From an uncultured Bacillota bacterium (GTDB lineage: Bacteria; Bacillota; DTU025; MWDF01): 64,000 nucleotides of DNA. Position numbers and translations under genes: made by a program. The DNA lies in NCBI GenBank assembly GCA_963823655.1, contig CAWGMK010000012.1, forward strand, positions 32,001-96,000, given 5' to 3'. The notes beneath the pieces are model-generated. The model was not told where the DNA came from, did no database searches, and saw only the letters and a program-made list of their open reading frames with translations. Below are positions 42,540 to 52,044 of this stretch, piece by piece (the stretch's first letter is position 1; the number at the start of each line of letters is the position of its first letter).

Positions 42540-42653
42540 CAAGCTGCGTTGCTTACGCCTGAAGCCATCCTTCGCTTATAATCTGATTAGGATATTTAGA
42601 GGCGCAGCTTCGAAATACCGGCTGCGCCTTGACCATAAAAGGGAGGGCTAATT

Positions 42654-43502
42654 ATGGCGATACCCGAGATACGCAATGTCAGGAAGACGGTAACCGGAAC
42701 CAGGACTGTGGACGGGGCAGGGGTCAACCTGGTGCGCGTGCTGGGCCGTCCGGACGTCAAGGACTTCGACCCATTCCTTATGCTGGATGCATTCGATTCG
42801 ACCGACCCAAGGGACTACGTAAAGGGTTTCCCGTGGCATCCCCACAGAGGCATCGAGACCGTGACCTACCTGATAAAAGGCGATATAGAGCACGGCGACA
42901 GCCTGAAAAACAGCGGAAGCATCAAAGACGGAGACTGCCAGTGGATGACGGCAGGCTCCGGAATAATCCATCAGGAGATGCCAAAGGCCTGCGACAGGAT
43001 GCTAGGGGCCCAGCTCTGGGTGAACCTTCCTGCAAAATATAAGATGACGGAGCCCAAATATAGGGACATAACATCCGCCATGATACCCGTGATAGAGGAA
43101 GGCTGCGCGACGGTGAGGGTAATATCAGGCCTGTACAAGGGCAAGAAGGGCGCCATGGAGGGCGATTTCGTAAAGCCGCTCTACATAGATCTCGCCTTGA
43201 AGCCGGGGTGCGAGTGGAGCATGCCCACAAAGCCTGAAGATACTGTGTTCGCGTACATAGTGCAGGGCTCGGCCGAGTTCGGCCCCGTCGGCTCTTCGAT
43301 AATCGATGAGAAGCACGCTGTCCTCTTCGACGAGGGTGCAAGCGTTAGGATTAAGGCAACGGAGAAGGGCACAAGGCTTCTGCTTCTTGCGGCGCCGCCC
43401 CTGCATGAGCCGATAGCTTGGGGAGGCCCCATTGTAATGAATACGAGGGAAGAGCTGAGCCAGGCGTTCAAGGACCTGGACGACAACACCTTCATAAAGT
43501 AG
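42654..43502 (+). CDS. Pirin-family protein
   Basis: DPFLMLD, GFPWHPHRGIETVTY, QWMTAGSGIIHQE, GPIVMNT. Confidence 0.95.
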   Translation: MAIPEIRNVRKTVTGTRTVDGAGVNLVRVLGRPDVKDFDPFLMLDAFDSTDPRDYVKGFPWHPHRGIETVTYLIKGDIEHGDSLKNSGSIKDGDCQWMTAGSGIIHQEMPKACDRMLGAQLWVNLPAKYKMTEPKYRDITSAMIPVIEEGCATVRVISGLYKGKKGAMEGDFVKPLYIDLALKPGCEWSMPTKPEDTVFAYIVQGSAEFGPVGSSIIDEKHAVLFDEGASVRIKATEKGTRLLLLAAPPLHEPIAWGGPIVMNTREELSQAFKDLDDNTFIK

Positions 43503-43565
43503 CCTGCTAAGGAAGAATGGCTTGCATTTGCCGTTAATATGCCAAGCTTAAAGCGGGAGGCGCTC

Positions 43566-44140
43566 ATGCTCGGGCTGAAGAGGGGTATAGTCCAACTGGC
43601 AGACCATGACGATGCATGGGCATCCGCCGCATCCGATTCCATAAAGAAGCTCAAGGCCGTGCTCGGCCCGATCATGATATCGGCCGAGCACGTTGGCAGC
43701 ACATCTATCAGGTGGATCAAGGCAAAGCCGATAATCGACATCGCGGTCGGTGTGGGCGACTTCAAACCCGTTTATGACATGATCGATACGATTGAGCAAG
43801 CAGGCTTCATCCACAAGCGCGAGAACGACAATGAATGGCAAGTGTTCTTCTCATGCGGTAAGACCGAGGATGACGTCGTGACACACCACATCCATGTAGT
43901 CATTTATGAAGGTCAGGAGTGGCAAAACTACATGCTCTTCAGGGACTACCTGAACGCTAACAGGGAAGAGGCCCTGAAGTACCAGCGCATGAAGGAAGAA
44001 CTCATGGAGAAGCATCCGCACGACAGGCTGAACTACACCGAGGGCAAGTCCGAATACATAAGAGCCGTCATAGAGGCAGCAAGGCGGAGGAAATCCGAAG
44101 AGAAAAACCAGCTGAACCCCGATGCGGGCAACCTGCTGAC
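43566..44140 (+). CDS. GrpB-family nucleotidyltransferase-like protein (stop probably lost)
   Basis: EHVGSTSI..IKAKPIIDI, HHIHV, FRDYL, YTEGK; end approximate. Confidence 0.85.
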
Positions 44141-44249
44141 ATCCAACCAAGGTCGTTCTTTTCTCACACACAGTTCATATAATTTGAAGGTGATGAATAT
44201 CGCTTTGTTGAACTATACACAAATTCATTTATGTGGGGAGGGTACGGCG

Positions 44250-44897
44250 ATGAAGGCATTTAAGATAGCGCTGGCTTTAGCAATCCTTGTTTCCCTGCTT
44301 TCCTTATCGGGCTGCAGCAAGACATGGTCCTTCGACTTCATGGACGGCACTTCGCTGACTGCTTGGCATATTGATGACTGGAGCGGCGGCTACGTATACG
44401 ACGAGACGGGGCTGACGATCGACTCCATGGGCTTTACATCACCCTTTGCCTTCACGGGGGACCTCACAGTCACCATCGAATTCACCCTTGATACAGATAT
44501 TAATAATGGGGTTTATATGGAGTTCGGGCTTTATGACAACATAGCTGATATCTCAGAAAACCGCGTCAATTTCCATTTCGATGATGTAGGAGATCCTGCA
44601 GAAGAGGGCATAGGCATCTCGGAGTATGGGCCGGCAACCGCCCCCGGCTGGAACTACACCAAATCATATTTAGCTACAATACCGGGTTTGAACAGGGACG
44701 GAGAGAATATCGTGGTAATCACTAAGACCGGGGATAACGTACAAATAAGCTTTAACGGGGTACCGGTTGAGAATTTGACTATGGGCTTCTATGAGTCCGA
44801 CAGGTTCGCAATACTCATCAGTTCGGAATTATATGACGGCGTCATGACTTACAATTCCATATCAGTCCGCTACACTGGGGATAGGATAGAGCTATAG
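44250..44897 (+). CDS. Family-A surface lipoprotein, copy 4
   Basis: Own RBS GGGAGGG and ATG; LSGC-SKTWSFDF; SPFAFTGDLT; IPGLNRDGEN; SISVRYTG. Confidence 0.8.
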   Translation: MKAFKIALALAILVSLLSLSGCSKTWSFDFMDGTSLTAWHIDDWSGGYVYDETGLTIDSMGFTSPFAFTGDLTVTIEFTLDTDINNGVYMEFGLYDNIADISENRVNFHFDDVGDPAEEGIGISEYGPATAPGWNYTKSYLATIPGLNRDGENIVVITKTGDNVQISFNGVPVENLTMGFYESDRFAILISSELYDGVMTYNSISVRYTGDRIEL

Positions 44898-45079
44898 AAG
44901 AGGACTTATTTAATGGCAAGCCCCGGGCAGCAAATTATACGCCCGGGGCCTGTTCTTATACCAGAGGCTGGTCTTATTGGCTTCACGGACCCTAATCACA
45001 CACGCGACGGCTATTGGTAGCCAATGAGAACTCCTTGCTAGAGGATAGGACTAAAGCGTCATTCCGGTTAAAGGGTTAA

Positions 45080-45739
45080 TTAGGGAATAAGCTCGCGCGT
45101 TCCCTCGTACTCGATCTTTACATCCCTGTAGTACAAACAGCTTTTTTCGGAATCTTGGATGCTTTCGACGACAAGGCAATATTGATCAACATTGTAGCGA
45201 GAAGGGTTGAAGGCGACGATAAATGCATCATTGAGCCAGAAAGTTAGTAGCCCTCCTCTTTGCTCTATAACAAGTGTATTGAGTCCCACAGTATCAATAC
45301 CTGGGATAGGTGTTTGCAAATCCAAATAACTTATCGAACCTTGACTACTGTTACCATGGAAAATTGCGTAGCTAGCTGTATCAGTACCGACTTTACTGAA
45401 GGAAATCCCTGCATAACCTTCGGAATCAGAAAACCCGTTCATAGCCGAAAGACATACTTTAATAAACGACACATTGTTGATCTGGTCTGTATCCAAGTCG
45501 AAACGCACTGTTGCGGTGAGATCCCCCGTGTATACGTGAGGCACTGCAACCCAGTTGCTCGCCATAAACAGGCCTTCGTCTGATAGAACAGCAGAATTGC
45601 CGTAGGATGACCATGTCCCATCTGCCCTTATCAAGTCTTCCTCCTTAGTAAAATTAAAGTAATATGTCTTGCTGCAACCCGCCGTGGTCAACATCAGCGA
45701 AACAATAAGGAAGATCATCATCAGCTTGCCATATTTCAT
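45080..45739 (-). CDS. Family-A surface lipoprotein, copy 5 (tandem triplet)
   Basis: 219 aa, TAGC-SKTYYFNF. Confidence 0.88.
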   Translation of the reverse strand: MKYGKLMMIFLIVSLMLTTAGCSKTYYFNFTKEEDLIRADGTWSSYGNSAVLSDEGLFMASNWVAVPHVYTGDLTATVRFDLDTDQINNVSFIKVCLSAMNGFSDSEGYAGISFSKVGTDTASYAIFHGNSSQGSISYLDLQTPIPGIDTVGLNTLVIEQRGGLLTFWLNDAFIVAFNPSRYNVDQYCLVVESIQDSEKSCLYYRDVKIEYEGTRELIP

Positions 45740-45948
45740 ACAATCATCTCCTCGATAGTTACTTCAACATACTGTCAATTTCCCCTTTGCTCTTTCTTGT
45801 GCGCTCCCGACAAATCTTTGCCGCCTTAGAGAAATCGGAATGCTTGTTTCTCTAACAGCTTAAGGCATAATCAGAAGCAGGCTCCGGGCATCAATTCCGC
45901 CCGAAGCCGTTCATATTCAAGCAGTAGTCATCTTGGCTTTAGAAGATA

Positions 45949-46608
45949 CTAGGGAATTAGCTCGCGTGTTCCCTTGTACTCGATTTTCACATCCCTGAAG
46001 AACAAGCAGTCATTTTGAGAATCTTGACTGCTTCCTATGGTAAGGCAGTAAAGATCAGTGTCATAGCGAGAAGGGTTGAATGTAGCTAAGAATGCTCCAT
46101 TGAGCCAAAAAGTGAACACTCCGCTTTTTTGTTCAATAACAAGAGTATTAAGTCCCACAGTATTCAAAGCTGGGATTGGCGTTTGCGGTCCTTGATAGGC
46201 CGTTCCTCCTTGATCTTTATTGCCGTGGAAGATGATAAAAGTAGAGGTATCAATGCCGACATTCGAGAAACTAATCCCGGCAAAACCTTCGGAATTTAAA
46301 AATACATTCGTCGTCGAAAGGAATATTTCAAAATACGAGACAAAGTTATCATGGTCCGTATTTAAATCGAAACGGACTGTAGCTGTAAGATCCCCCGAAT
46401 AAACGTGGGGGGCTGAAACCCAGTCAGGCGCCATGAACAGGCCTTCGCTTGATAAAACAAAAAGGTTGCATACGGATGACCATGTTCCGTCATCTCTTAC
46501 CAGGTCTTCCTCCTCAGTGAAGTCGAAAAAGTATGTCTTGCTGCAACCTGCTGTGGTTAGCATCATTGAAACAACCAGCACGATCATCATCAGTTTGCCA
46601 ATTCTCAT
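45949..46608 (-). CDS. Family-A surface lipoprotein, copy 6 (tandem triplet)
   Basis: 219 aa, TAGC-SKTYFFDF. Confidence 0.88.
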   Translation of the reverse strand: MRIGKLMMIVLVVSMMLTTAGCSKTYFFDFTEEEDLVRDDGTWSSVCNLFVLSSEGLFMAPDWVSAPHVYSGDLTATVRFDLNTDHDNFVSYFEIFLSTTNVFLNSEGFAGISFSNVGIDTSTFIIFHGNKDQGGTAYQGPQTPIPALNTVGLNTLVIEQKSGVFTFWLNGAFLATFNPSRYDTDLYCLTIGSSQDSQNDCLFFRDVKIEYKGTRELIP

Positions 46609-46815
46609 ACAATCACCTCCCGAATAGGTACTTCAACATACTGCGAATTTCCCCTTTGCTCTTTCTTGTGCAGTTCTGACAAATATTTGCACTTTAGTCG
46701 AATTGGAATACTTGCTTCAATAACAGATTAAGGCTCAATTAAAACAGGCTCCAGGCATCAGTTCTGCCCGGAGCCTTTCATATTCAAGCAGCAGTCATCT
46801 TGGATTTAGGGGATA

Positions 46816-47475
46816 CTAGGGAATTAGCTCGCGTGTTCCCTCGTATTCAATCTTTACATCCCGGTAGAACAGGCAGCTTTTCTGAGAATCTTGAGTGCTT
46901 TGTATGTTAAGGCAATAGAGATCGACATTGTAGCGAGAAGGGTTGAAGGCGACTATAAAGGCATCATTGAGCCAGAAAGTGAGTATCCCTCCTCTTTGCT
47001 CTATAACGAGCGTATTTAGTCCTACAGTGTCAATACCTGGGATTGGTGTTTGCGATTCCAAATAATTTATCGTTCCTTCACTGCTATTAGAGTGGTAGAT
47101 GTTATAGTAGGCCGTATCTTGGCCGACATTGTAGAAGCTAATCCCTGCATAGCCTTCGGAATTCGAAAATCCGTTCTTTGCCGAAAGATATACTTCGAAA
47201 TACGGCACATAGTTGACCGGATCCGTATCCAAATCGAAACGGACTGTTGCGGTAAGATTTCCTGAGTAAACGTGAGGCACCGCAACCCAGTTGGCTGCCA
47301 TGAACAGGCCTTTGTCAGATAGAACCGTAGGATTGCCGAAGGATGACCATGTTCCGTCATCTCGTACGAAGTCTTCCTCTTCAGTAAAGTCGAAAAAGTA
47401 TGTCTTGCTGCAACCTGCTGTGGTTAGCATCAGTGAAACAATCAGGACGATCATCATCAGTTTGCCAATTTTCAT
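46816..47475 (-). CDS. Family-A surface lipoprotein, copy 7 (tandem triplet)
   Basis: 219 aa, TAGC-SKTYFFDF. Confidence 0.88.
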   Translation of the reverse strand: MKIGKLMMIVLIVSLMLTTAGCSKTYFFDFTEEEDFVRDDGTWSSFGNPTVLSDKGLFMAANWVAVPHVYSGNLTATVRFDLDTDPVNYVPYFEVYLSAKNGFSNSEGYAGISFYNVGQDTAYYNIYHSNSSEGTINYLESQTPIPGIDTVGLNTLVIEQRGGILTFWLNDAFIVAFNPSRYNVDLYCLNIQSTQDSQKSCLFYRDVKIEYEGTRELIP

Positions 47476-47647
47476 ACAATCACCTCCCGAATAGGTACTT
47501 CAACATTCGGATAGTTTATCCTTTGCTTATCTTGCCAAATCTCCTACAAATATGCAGTTCATTAAAAAATTGAAATCCATGGCCCTCCGATAGCTTGGAG
47601 TTGATAGAGAAGCTGAAGCTATGCCCATATAAGGAGGATATTCTGCA

Positions 47648-48376
47648 TTATGCATCCCGTCTATGAAGGGCGCCCCAACGGTCCAGCATGCGCTCCGCTT
47701 CATCCCTCGTGAAAGACCTGCCGTGGCCGGGATGGAATGTACGAGAGCCGGTTGCATCAAGAAGCTTTCTCCAACTTAAGATGTTCTGCTCTGCGCTTAA
47801 GCCAATAATAGGAAGGTCTGGCCCTAATGAAAGCGAAGGGAAGCCGCTCATAGCCATGTCTCCGATAAACGCCCGCCCGTCGTCCAGCACCAATGTACTT
47901 GAGCCCGGAGTATGTCCCGGTGTATGGATTATCCTGGCAGGCAGGCCGATATCGTGAAGGTCGGTCCCGTTATCGCCGAAAACCCCATCCGCAATGAAAC
48001 ATTCTGAGAGCTGCGGGGCCATCATAAGGGGCGCAAGCTTCATCACAAAGCGCGCCCATGAGCCTTGGGGCTTGGCCGGGACCTTCCCTTCCTCTTTAAG
48101 AAGCCTGTAGTCGGACTCGTGAATGAAGATAGGAGCGCCAGATGCCTTGGAAAGCCCTGCCGCCGATCCGATGTGGTCGAAGTGGCCATGTGTTATAAAG
48201 ATGGCTGAGATTGCTCTCCCTGAGCTAGCATCAGGCACAGTGGAGGCCTCTTTGATGAACCTGCGCTCCCAGAACCTGTAAGTGCCAGTGTCCACAATTA
48301 TGGAACCCTGCGGACAAGACACTAGGTAGCAGTTGGTCATATCTGCCCTCAGGAGCTTAACAATGACTTCCTGCAT
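47648..48376 (-). CDS. MBL-fold metallo-hydrolase
   Basis: THGHFDHIG, HTPGHTPGS, GD, HPGHG. Confidence 0.92.
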   Translation of the reverse strand: MQEVIVKLLRADMTNCYLVSCPQGSIIVDTGTYRFWERRFIKEASTVPDASSGRAISAIFITHGHFDHIGSAAGLSKASGAPIFIHESDYRLLKEEGKVPAKPQGSWARFVMKLAPLMMAPQLSECFIADGVFGDNGTDLHDIGLPARIIHTPGHTPGSSTLVLDDGRAFIGDMAMSGFPSLSLGPDLPIIGLSAEQNILSWRKLLDATGSRTFHPGHGRSFTRDEAERMLDRWGALHRRDA

Positions 48377-48486
48377 TGACGCTCACCTCCCGTGTATTTT
48401 CATTAAGGAGAGGTGTACCTGCATGCGCGCAAACCTTAATTGTCTAAAACCAATGGTAAATCGCCAGAATACAGAATCAGGATTTT

Positions 48487-48852
48487 TCAGTGCTGCTTCT
48501 TTGCTTCAACAGACCTGCCGGCCCATACCAAGCCCACGCCTGTAAGCAGGGGTATCAGGGAAAGGGTCGCAAATGTTACAAGCATCTCATAAGTGGCGAA
48601 CTTCAGAGTAAGATATGCACCGAAGATTATAAGGGCGAGGCCCATTATCTGTGGCCTCTTCCAAGTCATTGCTATTGCTATCAGGAGGGCAATCGACGGC
48701 ACGGAATGCACGATGAACGCACCCACCTGCTCCAGGAAAGGAGCCTCGATTTCGAACACGTCAAATGAGAAAAGCATTAAAAAGAGAGCATAGGCGATGG
48801 CCACAATCCTGAGCCAGAATATTAGCTTGGAAGTCTTCTCGGCGGTTGCCAT
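48487..48852 (-). CDS. Small four-TM membrane protein
   Basis: LFSFDVF…FIVHSVPS; hydrophobic segments; RBS GGAGGTG. Confidence 0.75.
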   Translation of the reverse strand: MATAEKTSKLIFWLRIVAIAYALFLMLFSFDVFEIEAPFLEQVGAFIVHSVPSIALLIAIAMTWKRPQIMGLALIIFGAYLTLKFATYEMLVTFATLSLIPLLTGVGLVWAGRSVEAKKQH

Positions 48853-48984
48853 TTAACTCACCTCCATGCCTCTTGTTTCTGCAAAAGGGGCCGAAATCCT
48901 GCATCTTTGCGCCTAATGGAGCCAATATAAAAGGCCGGGATCATTGTAATCCCGGCCCTTCAGACTGGCACTCGATTGGCTTAT

Positions 48985-50097
48985 CTACTTCTTGTTTGTG
49001 CTGGAAGGAGCCCCTCCCATGCCCGCCCCGGCCGGTGAAACAACAGCGGTCGCAGTAATAGTCGCAGCGCCTGCGGCCGCCGTGAATGCTCCTCCTGTGT
49101 GCAACCCGTCCACGGCCTTGCCGGTGGAGCTGCCCGAGAAAACTGCGCTGTAGCTGGTTCCCGTACTAAGATCAGGCGAGCTGTACAACACGTTCTGGTA
49201 GGTCCTGGCCGGCGCGAAGGTAAGTATCTCCTTGCTGCCTTGTTTAATCGAGAAAACGGACTTTGCCGCCTGGGTCGCTCCTGATTTGAATAGAAGCGAG
49301 CTCTGGGTCGATGCGCCGTTAATATTTGTGAAGGTGTTTCCGGTAGCGATCAACGTTCCACCCTTGATAGTGAACAGGCCCCTGGCATCCAGACCGCCCT
49401 CGCCCCCAGTAGTGCCTCCCATCGATATTACAGTCCCGCCGTTGATGTTCACCGTGCCGTTCGAGTCGATCCCGTCCCCTGTGGCCACTATGTAGACATA
49501 GCCGCCGTTTACCGTGATGTCGTCATGCGCATTCAATCCGTCGTCCTTGGAAGTCACTTTTACCGTGCCGCTGGTTATGATGATGTCATCGTCGCTGGAT
49601 ATGCCCTCTTTGTGCTTGCCATCTACGACCAATGTCCCGGTTCCGTTTATCTCAAGCGTGTCGTTCGTGAAAACGGCCGCGTCGTTTTCGTTTGCGTTGG
49701 CCCCGTCGGTCAGATAGCTCGTAGTCCCCTCCTTCAAAGTAAGGGTGATCCTCTTCGCGTCAGTAACCATCAGGGCGGGCCCCGCAGAATTCGTTACGTT
49801 CACTCCGTTGAGCTCTATATAAACCTTGCCGGTCGTATTCACTTCTATTGAACCGTTGGCAAGCGTCCCGCTTACCGTGTAGTTGCCGCCCGCTGTTATC
49901 TTAATGGTACTGCCGCTGACCGCGGCTCCCGTTCCCTTTACCGTGCTCGTCGTCCCCAGCACTATTGCCGTCGCGTTCGTATAGTCTGTTACCGCCTCGG
50001 CAGATACTCCGACCGGTATTGCCGCCATCACCAGCGCCAATATCCAGGCAATCGCTATCAATTTCCTCAATTTACCCACTCCTTGCACTTTACGCAT
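48985..50097 (-). CDS. DUF4353-type carbohydrate-binding-domain (beta-helix) protein
   Basis: ITAGGNYTVSG, LNGVNVTNSAGPA, DDGLNA, GDGIDSNG. Confidence 0.85.
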   Translation of the reverse strand: MRKVQGVGKLRKLIAIAWILALVMAAIPVGVSAEAVTDYTNATAIVLGTTSTVKGTGAAVSGSTIKITAGGNYTVSGTLANGSIEVNTTGKVYIELNGVNVTNSAGPALMVTDAKRITLTLKEGTTSYLTDGANANENDAAVFTNDTLEINGTGTLVVDGKHKEGISSDDDIIITSGTVKVTSKDDGLNAHDDITVNGGYVYIVATGDGIDSNGTVNINGGTVISMGGTTGGEGGLDARGLFTIKGGTLIATGNTFTNINGASTQSSLLFKSGATQAAKSVFSIKQGSKEILTFAPARTYQNVLYSSPDLSTGTSYSAVFSGSSTGKAVDGLHTGGAFTAAAGAATITATAVVSPAGAGMGGAPSSTNKK

Positions 50098-50779
50098 ACA
50101 CCTTATCCTCGAATTCCTTAACAGTCAGCGATATGTTCAAATTGCCGTTCCTGCACCTCAGCTCGTCTATGAACTTCTTCTGGTTTGCGCCGGGATCCAT
50201 GTTCAGGTTGTAGACCACTTCGAAAAGAGTGCCGAAATCGCTCGTCTTTACCTTCTTGAGGCTCCATGACTTCGAGTACTTGCTAAGCACATCGTCGAAC
50301 AGCCCCTGGTAATTCAAATCCTCCGGTATCGTTATCTTAAGCTGCATAGCATTCGCCCTTGGTGCTGCGAACTTCGCGAAGTGCAGCGCTATCATCATAA
50401 GGCACATCACTGCCGTGAATATGGCGGCGTAGCCCAAGTAGCCGATCCCGCACGCAAGCCCCACTCCCAGCGCGTACAGCACATAGGCGATGTCCTTCGG
50501 CGCTCCCGCCGAGCTGCGGAACCTAATCAGGCTGAAAGCTCCGGCCAGGCTGAAGGCCCTTGCGACATTGTTGCCGATGAGAAAGACTATCGCCGCAACT
50601 ATCGCCGGCATCATGATCAGGGTCACGGTAAATCCCGATGAATAGCCCTCGTTCTTGTGCGTGTACATATAGACGAGGGAGATGAAAAGGCCCATTGCTA
50701 TTGCCATGCCCAGTACCATAAGCGTGTTCAAGACGGTGAATGGCTCGTTGCCCGTTGTCGTAAGAATGCTCTCTATCAT
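50090..50779 (-). CDS. DUF4956 membrane protein
   Basis: IGNNVARAFSLAGAFSLIRFRS, ELRCRNGNLNI. Confidence 0.9.
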   Translation of the reverse strand: MIESILTTTGNEPFTVLNTLMVLGMAIAMGLFISLVYMYTHKNEGYSSGFTVTLIMMPAIVAAIVFLIGNNVARAFSLAGAFSLIRFRSSAGAPKDIAYVLYALGVGLACGIGYLGYAAIFTAVMCLMMIALHFAKFAAPRANAMQLKITIPEDLNYQGLFDDVLSKYSKSWSLKKVKTSDFGTLFEVVYNLNMDPGANQKKFIDELRCRNGNLNISLTVKEFEDKVYA

Positions 50780-51595
50780 AATGACCTGCCCCTTTTCAGA
50801 ATGTGCCTTTGCCTTGCTTCCTGTTTTCCTGCCAGCATCGCCACCGCCGGCACCAATATCCGCCTGATCTCATCTGGCCTGCTGTAAAGGCATGTCCTCT
50901 CGTATTCCTTGCCGTACTTCGAATAACCCGTCCTGTATATGTTAAGCTCCGAGAGGGCGTCGGCCAGCCACACCGGCACCGAGCTCGAGAACTTGATTTC
51001 CATCAGAACCTGGCCGTCTTCCAGCAACCTGTCGCCGTGTTCGCTGTTTTCGAAATTTACTTCCGATCTTCTGGCGATTATGTCGGTGTCGAATGTAACC
51101 CTTAAGCCTTTGTCCTCAATTCCGCAGAAAGCCAGCCGCCTGTAGCTTATGTACGCCGCCGGGAATAGCTCGTTTTGCTTCAAAAAGAACGCTATCTCGT
51201 CTATAACCTGGGCGTTGATGTAATCTTTTGCCTGCCGGCTTCTTACCGGTCCCTACGAAATCCTCGGCCTCCTTGAGGCTCATAACTGCCCGCCTCTTAT
51301 TGATGATCCCGTCCATCTTCTTCTTGATCTCCAGGAACACCTGGTCATCCTTTGTGCCCGGCAGGTTGTAGCTTCTTATGCGAAGCTTCTGCTTGTAGAA
51401 CGGGTGCGACAACGAGTGCCTAATCAAATAGTTGTCCCTGGTGTCGAAGTAGATGCTGTGTATCTGATAGTCTTGCCCTCCCAGACAATGGCCGTCGAGG
51501 CTCATGTGAGGCCTGAGCTTCTCTATGAGCTTCTCGGCCTTGGGCGCATCTAACAGGTACTTGATCTCATGCCGTTTGAAAGTAGATATCGTCAT
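50776..51595 (-). CDS. VTC-domain (polyphosphate-polymerase-like, CYTH) protein, frameshifted
   Basis: FKRHEIKY, SIYFDT, KLRIRSY, FLEIKKK; second ORF LRVTFD, LMEIK, SKY. Confidence 0.88.
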
Positions 51596-52044
51596 CTTCG
51601 AGGCCTCCTTCCCGGATTATTTCCCTTGCCTGCCGCTCGGCCGCCCATCCGCCGTTCGCTAGCCTGCCTGTCTGCTCTGAAAGCCGTTTCCAATGTTTGC
51701 AGTTTCAGAATAAAGCCCGTATGTTACATACAAATGGACGGAATATGAACATAATGTTACGGAATGAAAAATCGCCAAGAATTTCGGCAAACACAGCTTG
51801 AAAGCAGCAAACGCGCGAAAAACGGCTTCTCGCCAAAGGAAAGCGAGAGGCCCAACATGTGCATTAGATGCCGCAGCCATCCAATGATTGCATAAAATTA
51901 CCAATAGAAGGATATGCCGCAAAGCCGGCATACTTCCTGCCGTCGGGGCTGCGGAATGTTGTATATCCTCCCTGATTGTTATGATAAAATGTTCTATAAA
52001 CATACGCAAAATGCAAGCATTATGCGTATAGAGGAGGGGGAATC

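Larger units (their letters stand above)
45080..47506. repeat. Tandem triplication, period about 868 bp, including promoter and terminator
   Basis: Stop codons at 45080, 45949 and 46816; homologous intergenic regions with GGCTCCRGGCA…GCCCGRAGCC hairpins. Confidence 0.9.

Noticed and set aside
43539-44897. GrpB-lipoprotein fusion protein (452-aa ORF)
   Set aside because: The second half has its own promoter-like motif, RBS, ATG and lipobox; a lost stop codon from an indel is more likely.
45080-47475. Diversity-generating retroelement targets
   Set aside because: No reverse transcriptase or TR/VR pair; differences span the whole gene and are not adenine-specific.
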